Below, in pieces: positions 15,328 through 22,522 of a DNA stretch of 24,000 nt; positions within the stretch are counted from its first letter, which is position 1; every line of letters starts with the position of its first letter. Origin of the DNA: Alphaproteobacteria bacterium (GTDB lineage Bacteria; Pseudomonadota; Alphaproteobacteria; Rickettsiales; UBA3002); assembly GCA_022841525.1 (NCBI GenBank), contig JALHRI010000011.1, positions 1-24,000 on the forward strand, written 5' to 3'. The position numbers were made by a program, and so were the translations under genes. The notes beneath the pieces were generated by a model. The model worked only from the letters and a program-made list of their open reading frames with translations, had not been told where the DNA came from and did not search any database.

Positions 15328-16528
15328 GCGTCCCCATCAACGCTGCAATGCCCGGCAACTCCTTGCCTTCCAGCCATTCTAAAAACGCGCCGCCGGCGGT
15401 CGATAAATAGCTCAGCTGCGCGCTAAGTCCGGCGTGCGCTAGTGCGGCCACGGTATCGCCGCCACCGGCCACCGAATGCAGCAGGCCTGCGCGCGACTGC
15501 GCCGCCACCATGCGCGCCAGCTGCGTCGTTGCACTATCAAACGGCAGCGTTTCGTAGGCGCCGAGTGGGCCGTTCCATACCATGCTACGCGCGGTTTTTA
15601 CCGCATCGTAAAGCCGCATCAGCGAAGCCGGGCCGATGTCTAAAATCATCGCATCGTTTGGCACCGCATCCACCGGCACGATTTCGCACGGCGCGTGCGG
15701 GCTGAAAGCACGCGCAACTACCACATCCGAGGGCAAAAGAATCTCACAGTTGTTTTTCTTTGCTGCGCTTAAAATTTCTTTTGCGGTGGCGGTCATCTCG
15801 CGCTCAACCAGCGAGCCACCCACATCATGCCCTAAAGCCAGCAGAAACGTGCTGGCCATCGCGCCGCCAATCACCAGCATATCCACTTTTGCGGTGAGGT
15901 TGCCGAGCAGTTCGAGCTTGGTCGATATTTTGGAACCGCCTACTACCGCCATAAGCGGGCGTGCGGGGCTTTGCAACACTTTGCTGAGCGCAGCCACTTC
16001 TTCGGCGAGCAAAAACCCGGCAGCGCTTGGCAGATGGGCAGCAATGCCTGCAACACTGGCATGCGCGCGGTGCGAGCAGGAAAACGCATCGTTGATAAAC
16101 ACATCGCCAAGGCTGGCGAGAGCTTTGGCAAAGTCGCCGTCGCCGGCTTCTTCCTGCGCATGGAAGCGGACATTCTCCAGCAGTACGACATCGCCGTTTG
16201 CTGCATTTTCTACTGCCAGCCGCGCCGTATTGCCGATACAATCCGGTGCGAATTTTACCGGCTTATCCCATAAATGCGCCGATAACGTATCCACCAGTGG
16301 GGCAAGCGATAGGCCGGGGTCATAGCCTTTCGGGCGGCCCAGATGCGAGAGAATCACGACTTTGGCATCGCGCTCCATGAGATGTTGCAATGTGGGTAAA
16401 ATGCGTCGAATGCGCGTATCATCTACCACCCTGCCCGCCTTCATTGGCACGTTCAAATCGAGGCGCACCAGCGCCGTTTTGCCGGTGACGTCGAGGCTGG
16501 AAAGATGGGGGAGTGAAGATTTCATCAA
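15302..16528 (-). CDS. pgk: Phosphoglycerate kinase
   Basis: The 408-aa protein is a full-length PGK pattern (VRLDLNVPM, ILSHLGRPKG, FINDAFSCSHRAHAS, GGAMASTF, WNGPLGAYE, GGGDT). Confidence 0.97.
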   Translation of the reverse strand: MMKSSLPHLSSLDVTGKTALVRLDLNVPMKAGRVVDDTRIRRILPTLQHLMERDAKVVILSHLGRPKGYDPGLSLAPLVDTLSAHLWDKPVKFAPDCIGNTARLAVENAANGDVVLLENVRFHAQEEAGDGDFAKALASLGDVFINDAFSCSHRAHASVAGIAAHLPSAAGFLLAEEVAALSKVLQSPARPLMAVVGGSKISTKLELLGNLTAKVDMLVIGGAMASTFLLALGHDVGGSLVEREMTATAKEILSAAKKNNCEILLPSDVVVARAFSPHAPCEIVPVDAVPNDAMILDIGPASLMRLYDAVKTARSMVWNGPLGAYETLPFDSATTQLARMVAAQSRAGLLHSVAGGGDTVAALAHAGLSAQLSYLSTAGGAFLEWLEGKELPGIAALMGTHAADRAYA

Positions 16529-16593
16529 ATTGTCACACTATTAGTTGTAGGGCTTTGTAGGCTGAGACCTATCACAAGACAATAGAGTATTTT

Positions 16594-16827
16594 ATGACAA
16601 ATGTTAGCGACACAAAAACTTCTAAAGCATGGTCTACTAAGCCAGCCAACCGTCCTCGACCAGATCCAGCCGGTAATGATGATCAAAAATTCGCTAGAGG
16701 CGTTGAAAGATCTATTGCACGCAGTAAACGTGATTGGGTCGAAATTGAGGGAAGAAAAGGTGATCAGCGCGCACGCGTAGATGCAGCAAGAATGGCTGCT
16801 GCAGGCGTGGTTTTTGGTCGTAAATAG
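16594..16827 (+). CDS. Small hypothetical protein (77 aa), charged, low-complexity
   Basis: This is the only ORF in the 314-bp pgk-acs spacer. It starts at an ATG and has no strong SD. It is visibly more A+T-rich than its neighbours. I recognised no family. Confidence 0.35.
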   Translation: MTNVSDTKTSKAWSTKPANRPRPDPAGNDDQKFARGVERSIARSKRDWVEIEGRKGDQRARVDAARMAAAGVVFGRK

Positions 16828-16842
16828 TAAAACTGCAAGCTG

Positions 16843-18804
16843 TCACCTCTGTGCCGCCTTCACCAACTCGGCGACCACTTCTGGGTTCAACAATGTGGAA
16901 ATATCGCCCAGATTCTCGGTATCACCCTCGGCGATTTTGCGCAAAATGCGGCGCATAATTTTGCCGGAGCGTGTTTTGGGCAGCGCGGGCGTTAGCTGAA
17001 TAATGTCTGGGGCTGCGAGCGCGCCAATCGTGTTTCGCACATGTAACATCAGCGCTTTTGCCTCTGCCTCAGCACCTTCTTTTAAGGTCACAAACGCGTA
17101 AATACCCTGACCTTTAATATCGTGCGGGAAGCCCACCACGGCGGCTTCTGCCACCGCTTCATGCGCCACCAAGGCCGACTCAATTTCTGCCGTGCCTAAA
17201 CGGTGACCGGATACGTTAATCACATCGTCCACTCTGCCGGTGATCCAGTAATAGCCATCCGCATCGCGGCGCGCGCCATCGCCGGAAAAATACGTGCCTT
17301 TCACGGTGGAAAAATAGGTCTGCTCGAAGCGCGCATGATCGCCCCAGATGCTTCGCGCCTGCCCCGGCCAACTATCTGTGATACACAGCAACCCCTCGCC
17401 TTCACTCTCGATGCGCGCACCTGCGGCATCAAACAGCGCGGGCTGAATCCCGAAAAATGGCAGCGTCGCGCTGCCCGCTTTGGTAGGCGTGATGCCTGCA
17501 ATCGGCGTGATCATGTGGCCGCCGGTTTCGGTTTGCCACCAGGTGTCCACCAGTGCGCAGCGCGCACCTCCCACCACGTCATGATACCAGTGCCACGCTT
17601 CGGGATTAATCGGCTCGCCAACACTGCCAAGCACGCGCAAACTGGCGCGTGACGTGGATTTGACAGGCGCATCGCCGTAACGCATCAGCGCGCGAATGGC
17701 CGTAGGCGCCGTGTAAAATTCAGTGACGCGGTGACGATCAATCACCTCCCAAAAACGCGACGGCGTGGGATGCGTTGGCACGCCTTCAAACATCAGCGTG
17801 GTGCAGCCACCAAGCAGCGGGCCGTACACTACATACGAATGTCCGGTGATCCAGCCAACATCGGCAGAGCACCAGAATACCGAATCGGGCTGAATCGCAA
17901 ACGTAGTGCGGTGGGTATGCGCGGCGTACACCATATAGCCACCACATGTATGCAGCAGGCCTTTGGGCTTACCCGTCGATCCGGAAGTATAGAGAATAAA
18001 GAGCGGGTCTTCAGCATCCATCGTTTCCGGTGCGCAGCTAGCCGCTTGCTTGGGCACGAGTTCATGCCACCAGTGGTCGCGACCTTCCTGCATCGGGCAA
18101 TCCGCACCGGTGTGACGGTACACAAGCGTGCGGTATCGTAGCTCCTCCTCCCCTTGCGGGGGGAGGCTGGGAGGGGGGGGAGTGGAAGAGTTCCGTACCC
18201 CCCGGGTCACCCCCCCCCCCCCCGCCCCCGTAAAGGGGGAGGGAGTTTCAAGCAACGCATCAATCGCTCTATCCACCTGAGCTTTGAGGGCGATAGCTTT
18301 GCCGCCACGCATCACCTCATCGGCGGTGATGATGAAGCGGCTGCCGCCATCTTCCATCCGCGCGCGAATGGAGTCGGGCGCGAAACCGGCAAACACCACG
18401 CTGTGCACCGCGCCAATGCGCGCGCAGGCGAGCATGGCGTAGGCGGCTTCCGGCACCATTGGCATATAAATGGTAACCACATCGCCGCGCTTGACGCCGA
18501 GTTGTTTCAGCGCGTTTGCCACGCGGCAGACTTCATCGTGCAGTGTCTGAAACGTGATGTGGCGGATATGGTTCGCATCATCGCCTTCCCAGATAATCGC
18601 GGTTTTATTCGCCAGAGCCGGCAAATGCCGGTCAATCGCATTTTCGGTGATGTTCAGCGTCGCCCCTTCAAACCAGCGAATAGAAACCGGCGAATGAAAC
18701 GAGGTGTTTTTGACCGTGTGCCAACGCGTGCGCCAGTGGAAGCCTTCGGCGATGGTTTCCCAGTAGGCCGCAGGGTTGGTGATGGAGTGTGCGTACGTTG
18801 TCAT
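16843..18804 (-). CDS. acs: Acetyl-CoA synthetase (AMP-forming) with an in-frame repeat-element insertion
   Basis: 653 aa, collinear with Acs throughout ([83 protein letters not shown]). The exception is residues 187-221. Confidence 0.95.
   Translation of the reverse strand: MTTYAHSITNPAAYWETIAEGFHWRTRWHTVKNTSFHSPVSIRWFEGATLNITENAIDRHLPALANKTAIIWEGDDANHIRHITFQTLHDEVCRVANALKQLGVKRGDVVTIYMPMVPEAAYAMLACARIGAVHSVVFAGFAPDSIRARMEDGGSRFIITADEVMRGGKAIALKAQVDRAIDALLETPSPFTGAGGGGVTRGVRNSSTPPPPSLPPQGEEELRYRTLVYRHTGADCPMQEGRDHWWHELVPKQAASCAPETMDAEDPLFILYTSGSTGKPKGLLHTCGGYMVYAAHTHRTTFAIQPDSVFWCSADVGWITGHSYVVYGPLLGGCTTLMFEGVPTHPTPSRFWEVIDRHRVTEFYTAPTAIRALMRYGDAPVKSTSRASLRVLGSVGEPINPEAWHWYHDVVGGARCALVDTWWQTETGGHMITPIAGITPTKAGSATLPFFGIQPALFDAAGARIESEGEGLLCITDSWPGQARSIWGDHARFEQTYFSTVKGTYFSGDGARRDADGYYWITGRVDDVINVSGHRLGTAEIESALVAHEAVAEAAVVGFPHDIKGQGIYAFVTLKEGAEAEAKALMLHVRNTIGALAAPDIIQLTPALPKTRSGKIMRRILRKIAEGDTENLGDISTLLNPEVVAELVKAAQR
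18142..18245. mobile_element. G/C-run palindromic (MITE/RPE-like) element of about 105 bp inserted in frame in acs
   Basis: The two arms are imperfect reverse complements built from C-runs and G-runs (module CTCC(C)TCCCC-TTNC-GGGGG...). Local hairpins lie at 18147-18166 and 18225-18239. There is a C14 run at 18210-18223 and a G8 run at 18173-18180. The mobile-element interpretation is an inference; the boundaries are approximate. Confidence 0.55.
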
Positions 18805-18813
18805 CGCCCAAGC

Positions 18814-18882
18814 CTACAGCTAACAGCTTACAGCTTACAGCAAAAAATATGCTATTGAGCTGTCGGCTGTCGGCTGTTAGCT
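18814..18882. repeat. Inverted pair of heptamer tandem arrays (NNACAGC x4 / GCTGTNN x3.4) around a 17-nt A/T-rich spacer
   Basis: Array A is ctacagc taacagc ttacagc ttacagc (18814-18841). The spacer is aaaaaatatgctattga (18842-18858). Array B is gctgtcg gctgtcg gctgtta gct (18859-18882). The arms can pair over about 24 bp, with two T-C mismatches and two G-T/G-U wobble pairs. Together they fill nearly the whole 86-bp acs-truA divergent spacer. Confidence 0.9.
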
Positions 18883-18890
18883 AGACCCAC

Positions 18891-19631
18891 ATGCCACGCT
18901 ATAAACTCACGATTGAATATGACGGTACGCCTTTTCACGGCTGGCAAGCGCAAGATGGCCTGCTCACCGTGCAAGGCGTGCTGGATAGCGCGCTCAGCCA
19001 ATTTGCCGGCCACACGGTAGAGAGTTACTGCGCCGGCCGCACCGATGCGGGCGTGCATGCGCTTGGGCAAGTGGTGCATGTCGATTTCGCAAGCCCGCGC
19101 CGCGCCTTTAACATCATTCGCGGGGTGAATATCTACACGCTGCCGCATCCGGTCGTCATCACACATGCGGAGGAAGTGGCGGATGATTTTCATGCCCGCT
19201 TTGATGCGCGCATGCGCCATTACCGCTACCGCATCACGCGGCGTGCGGCACGCCTGAGTGTCGATGAATTTCGCAGCTGGCACATTTTCCGGCCAATGGA
19301 TATGGCCGCAATGCGCGAGGCGGCGGCGCATTTCATCGGCGATCATGATTTTACCAGTTTCCGCACCTCCGAATGTACGGCAAAATCGCCGCATAAAACC
19401 ATCACACGCTGCGATATTTCTGAGCATGGCGAGGAGGCATGGGTGGAAATTTCCGCGCGCAGCTTCATGCATAATCAGGTGCGCATTATGGTGGGCAGTC
19501 TGGTGCAAGTGGCCACCGGCCGCTGGCGCGCCGAGGATATCCGCGCCATGCTAGAAGCGCGCGACCGACGCGCAGCAGGCATCACCGCACCGGCGCACGG
19601 ATTATATTTTATGGGCGTGGAATATACATAA
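18891..19631 (+). CDS. truA: tRNA pseudouridine(38-40) synthase
   Basis: The sequence MPRYKLTIEYDGTPFHGWQAQ...AGRTDAGVHALGQVVHVDF contains the catalytic Asp motif RTDAGVHA. The protein is 246 aa. Confidence 0.95.
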   Translation: MPRYKLTIEYDGTPFHGWQAQDGLLTVQGVLDSALSQFAGHTVESYCAGRTDAGVHALGQVVHVDFASPRRAFNIIRGVNIYTLPHPVVITHAEEVADDFHARFDARMRHYRYRITRRAARLSVDEFRSWHIFRPMDMAAMREAAAHFIGDHDFTSFRTSECTAKSPHKTITRCDISEHGEEAWVEISARSFMHNQVRIMVGSLVQVATGRWRAEDIRAMLEARDRRAAGITAPAHGLYFMGVEYT

Positions 19632-19668
19632 AAAAAACCCCACCGTGTGAACGATGGGGTGGTGTTGT
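19632..19668. terminator. Candidate bidirectional rho-independent terminator between convergent truA and mucR
   Basis: The stem is accccaccg (19637-19645) paired with cgatggggt (19652-19660), 8 of 9 bp, with a 6-nt loop. An A8 run precedes it, which would serve as the U-tract for the minus strand. A T-rich ggtgttgtt follows it. Confidence 0.6.
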
Positions 19669-19688
19669 TAACCTAATGGAAGAAATGC

Positions 19689-20192
19689 TTAGGCTGCGTG
19701 ATGCTGCGCAGGGGCGGCTTTGCCCGCGCTCATCTGTCTGGCCGCCAGCGACATGCCGCGCGTCCCCAGACCAATTTGTTTTGCTAAATTACTGCGCACA
19801 CGCGCATAGTTCGGTGCCACCATCGGGTAAGAATCTGGCAGATTCCAACGATTGCGATATTGCTCGGGCGTCATGTTGTAATTCGTTTTCAGGTAACGCT
19901 TGAGCATCTTCACGCGCTTACCATCTTCCAGACAAATGAGATAATCCGGCTTCACCGACTCTTCCACCGATACAGGCACCAGCTTGCCTTGCTGAGCCGC
20001 AGGCACCGCGTGCGCGAGCTGTGCAAGCTGAGCGTACACATCCGCCATCAGTTGATTCAGGTTCAGCGTTTCCTGCGTACGCCCTGCGACATAGGCACTG
20101 ACAATCTGCGCGGTGGCTGACACCAGCACATCATGCGACAGCGTGGAAGATACCGTAGTACGGCGTGATTCATTCGCATGTAGCTGCGACAT
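19689..20192 (-). CDS. mucR: Ros/MucR-family transcriptional regulator (zinc ligands degenerate)
   Basis: The C-terminal half, LICLEDGKRVKMLKRYLKTNYNMTPEQYRNRWNLPDSYPMVAPNYARVRSNLAKQIGLG, aligns with A. tumefaciens Ros [59 protein letters not shown] (from memory). Confidence 0.9.
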   Translation of the reverse strand: MSQLHANESRRTTVSSTLSHDVLVSATAQIVSAYVAGRTQETLNLNQLMADVYAQLAQLAHAVPAAQQGKLVPVSVEESVKPDYLICLEDGKRVKMLKRYLKTNYNMTPEQYRNRWNLPDSYPMVAPNYARVRSNLAKQIGLGTRGMSLAARQMSAGKAAPAQHHAA

Positions 20193-20362
20193 AAGCTTGC
20201 TCCGAGATATATTTTTATTTTTTGATATTCTTAAGAGTTTATGGATTAGCCCCGCTTCGGCACCAAGTCAAGAACATATGATAAGTTACTGCTTTAACTT
20301 GCAATATGCAAACCCTTGGCCTATGGATAACCCTATCCTCACCCTCTGCTTTAAGGATGTTT

Positions 20363-20788
20363 ATGCCCAGTACGCTCGAGAAAAAATGTATCGAACATGG
20401 CCTGAAAATGACCGGCCAGCGTCGGGTCGTAGCGCGCGTACTTTCCGAATCGGCCGACCATCCGGATGTGGAAATGCTCTACGCCCGCGCCAGCGGCATT
20501 GATCCGAAAATCAGCATCGCCACGGTGTACCGCACGGTGAAATTATTCGAAGATACCGGCATGATCGAGCGCCATGATTTTGGCGATGGCCGCGCACGCT
20601 ACGAAGAAGCGCCGGAAGATCATCACGATCATCTGATCGATGTGCGCAGTGGTAAGGTGATCGAATTTGTGAACGAAGAAATTGAAAAACTGCAAGAACG
20701 CATCGCGCGCGAACTTGGCTACAAACTCGTCGGCCACCGCCTCGAACTTTACGGCGTGCCGATCAGCGAAAACCCGCGAGTCGATTGA
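20363..20788 (+). CDS. fur: Fur-family metalloregulator (Fur/Mur-like, no structural Cys site)
   Basis: MPSTLEKKCIEHGLKMTGQRRVVARVL...ATVYRTVKLFEDTGMI...EDHHDHLIDVRSGKVIEF is a Fur winged-helix domain with the HHDH motif. I placed the start at the ATG at 20363, preceded by AAGGA with a 5-nt spacer. The 19 extra codons in the ORF track look non-coding. Confidence 0.85.
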   Translation: MPSTLEKKCIEHGLKMTGQRRVVARVLSESADHPDVEMLYARASGIDPKISIATVYRTVKLFEDTGMIERHDFGDGRARYEEAPEDHHDHLIDVRSGKVIEFVNEEIEKLQERIARELGYKLVGHRLELYGVPISENPRVD

Positions 20789-20791
20789 GCG

Positions 20792-22522
20792 CTATTTAAA
20801 CGCCAGCCCTGCGCCTTCTAACTTTTTAAACGCCAGCCCTGCGCCTTCTAACTTTTGCTGGCTTGCAAGCGGACCACTATAGTTTGGCGGTATGAGTTGA
20901 CCACTCAGATCGCCCTTGATTTGCTGAGCAGCGCCTTCATACGTGACGCCCCCATTTGCAAAAGCGCTTTTTACTTGCTCGGGCGTCGGCAATGCAATCT
21001 CTCCGGCGTCGGCGCGCAGACCCAACCCATCGCCCAGGAAAATCTGCTTGCCCTGGTTTGCTTGCTCAATCGCCAGTTTCAGCGCCAGATAGGTAAAACC
21101 ATGATGCGGCATCCCCGCGTAATGATCCTTCAGCAACTTGCCAAGCGAATCACCCGACTGGACTGTGTATTTTCCAGTATCAGAAGGCGACGCAACTTCT
21201 GCTGGAGCTGCTGCTGCGGGAGATGCTGGTGTTGGTGTTGGTGCTGCTTGAGCTGGTGCTACTGCTGCTGGTGTTTTGGCATTGGGTGATGTAGCGCCTT
21301 TAGAAGCTGCGGCGATTGGCGGCGCAACCACTGATGGTATTGCCGGAGAACCCTTATCTCCTTGCGATGCAACAGGAATGAGCGAGGAATTATTCGGGTT
21401 AGCCCCGGCCACAAGTTTGTCAATAGCCTCTGGTGTGCGTGTATTCAGTGGACTTGGGGCTGCGTCTGAAGAAATCACGATCTGTGAAGGGTTGTTTTGA
21501 TTTGCTACAAAAGCATCAAATGCTTTCTTGTCTTCAAACGTTTGAAGCACAGAGTTGTCAGAAGCTTTCTGAATCACCACCTTGCCGTCATCTTGCTGAA
21601 TTACCCGGTAGCCATTGTTTTCTGAAATAGTTTCTCCAGCAATCACTGCTGGTGTTGGTGCTGGTGCGCCTACTGCTGGTACTTGTGCGCCTGCTGCCGG
21701 TGCTGTTGCGCCTGCTGCTAGTACTGGTGGCTGTGCTGGATTCAATCGCGCGGAGGCTTCAGCCATCAGCTGGCGAGCGACTGAAATACCCGTAGCGCCG
21801 CCATCATTAGTGTTATTCCTTGCTTCATTTGCTTGCTGAACAAAATGTGCACGGTGTTTTGTAAATTCGTCAGATACAATCAGACTGGGGTTACTTCTTA
21901 AAGAAGATACCGTCATCGCGGCGGCATAAGCATCAGCATGTTCAAGTTGTGCAGTATCACCAGAAGCTGCAGGTATCTGACTGAAATCTGTTTTAGAGTC
22001 TGAGCCGTAATATTTTTTGTAAGCTGCGGTTACAGACTCATTGCCAATTGCTGGAAGCACCCGATCAACTGAAACCTCTTGAGCCGGAGCTAAAACCCCT
22101 ACTATGGAGGCCTGATTCGGATATTGACGCTTAAGGTTAGTTAGTAATTCTGATTTTTTTTCATGAGATATATAATCACCATATTTTTTTTGGAAGCCTA
22201 CCTTATCTTTTATAGCTTCGTCTACTAGCGTCTTAACGGCTAGTGCGTTTAAGAGTGTGCCATAATCTATACTCTTAGCTTCCTCTCTTTCGAGAAGAGA
22301 TACTTGTCCATCACCATCTCTATCGATGGGATCATCAGCCAGAAACCTTTGTAACAAACCATCACCTGGTACATTGTGAGTAAGGCTGCCATCTGCCTTT
22401 TGTTTACCGAGCAGTTGAATATAGCCATTAGGCGGCAAAATATTCGTTAAGGTTCCACCCCCGATTTTCTCAAATACAATTTTCTCAGCTTCTGCCCTTG
22501 TAATGCCAGATGGTGCTTCCAT
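20792..22522 (-). CDS. Composite hypothetical protein: N-terminal domain with an EF-hand-type Ca-binding loop, Pro/Ala linkers, C-terminal LysM-like domain
   Basis: I placed the start at the ATG at 22522 (GGAG with a 6-nt spacer); the ORF track starts at a GTG at 22534. DRDGDGQVSLLE fits the 12-residue EF-hand loop consensus. YTVQSGDSLGKLL...IALP resembles a LysM domain with an insertion. I see no N-terminal signal peptide. The N-terminal half is visibly A+T-rich. Confidence 0.7.
   Translation of the reverse strand: MEAPSGITRAEAEKIVFEKIGGGTLTNILPPNGYIQLLGKQKADGSLTHNVPGDGLLQRFLADDPIDRDGDGQVSLLEREEAKSIDYGTLLNALAVKTLVDEAIKDKVGFQKKYGDYISHEKKSELLTNLKRQYPNQASIVGVLAPAQEVSVDRVLPAIGNESVTAAYKKYYGSDSKTDFSQIPAASGDTAQLEHADAYAAAMTVSSLRSNPSLIVSDEFTKHRAHFVQQANEARNNTNDGGATGISVARQLMAEASARLNPAQPPVLAAGATAPAAGAQVPAVGAPAPTPAVIAGETISENNGYRVIQQDDGKVVIQKASDNSVLQTFEDKKAFDAFVANQNNPSQIVISSDAAPSPLNTRTPEAIDKLVAGANPNNSSLIPVASQGDKGSPAIPSVVAPPIAAASKGATSPNAKTPAAVAPAQAAPTPTPASPAAAAPAEVASPSDTGKYTVQSGDSLGKLLKDHYAGMPHHGFTYLALKLAIEQANQGKQIFLGDGLGLRADAGEIALPTPEQVKSAFANGGVTYEGAAQQIKGDLSGQLIPPNYSGPLASQQKLEGAGLAFKKLEGAGLAFK
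20795..20854. repeat. Perfect 30-bp direct tandem duplication
   Basis: The unit tttaaacgccagccctgcgccttctaactt occurs at 20795-20824 and again at 20825-20854. The first copy begins immediately after the TAG stop (20792-20794) of the minus-strand gene. The duplication encodes KLEGAGLAFK twice. Confidence 0.97.

Noticed and set aside
15636-16325. 229-aa plus-strand ORF inside pgk
   Set aside because: It is antisense to a complete, highly conserved phosphoglycerate kinase and has a Ser/Ala-rich low-complexity product.
18154-19508. Long antisense ORFs 18154-18858 (+, 234 aa) and 18852-19508 (-, 218 aa)
   Set aside because: They lie opposite acs and truA respectively, both of which are unambiguous full-length homologues. 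Long open antisense frames are expected in GC-rich coding DNA.
15190-20854. Tandem and inverted repeats (heptamer arrays, 30-bp duplication) considered as a CRISPR array
   Set aside because: The units are directly adjacent with no unique spacers. They are 7 or 30 bp long with only 2-4 copies, and no cas genes are present.
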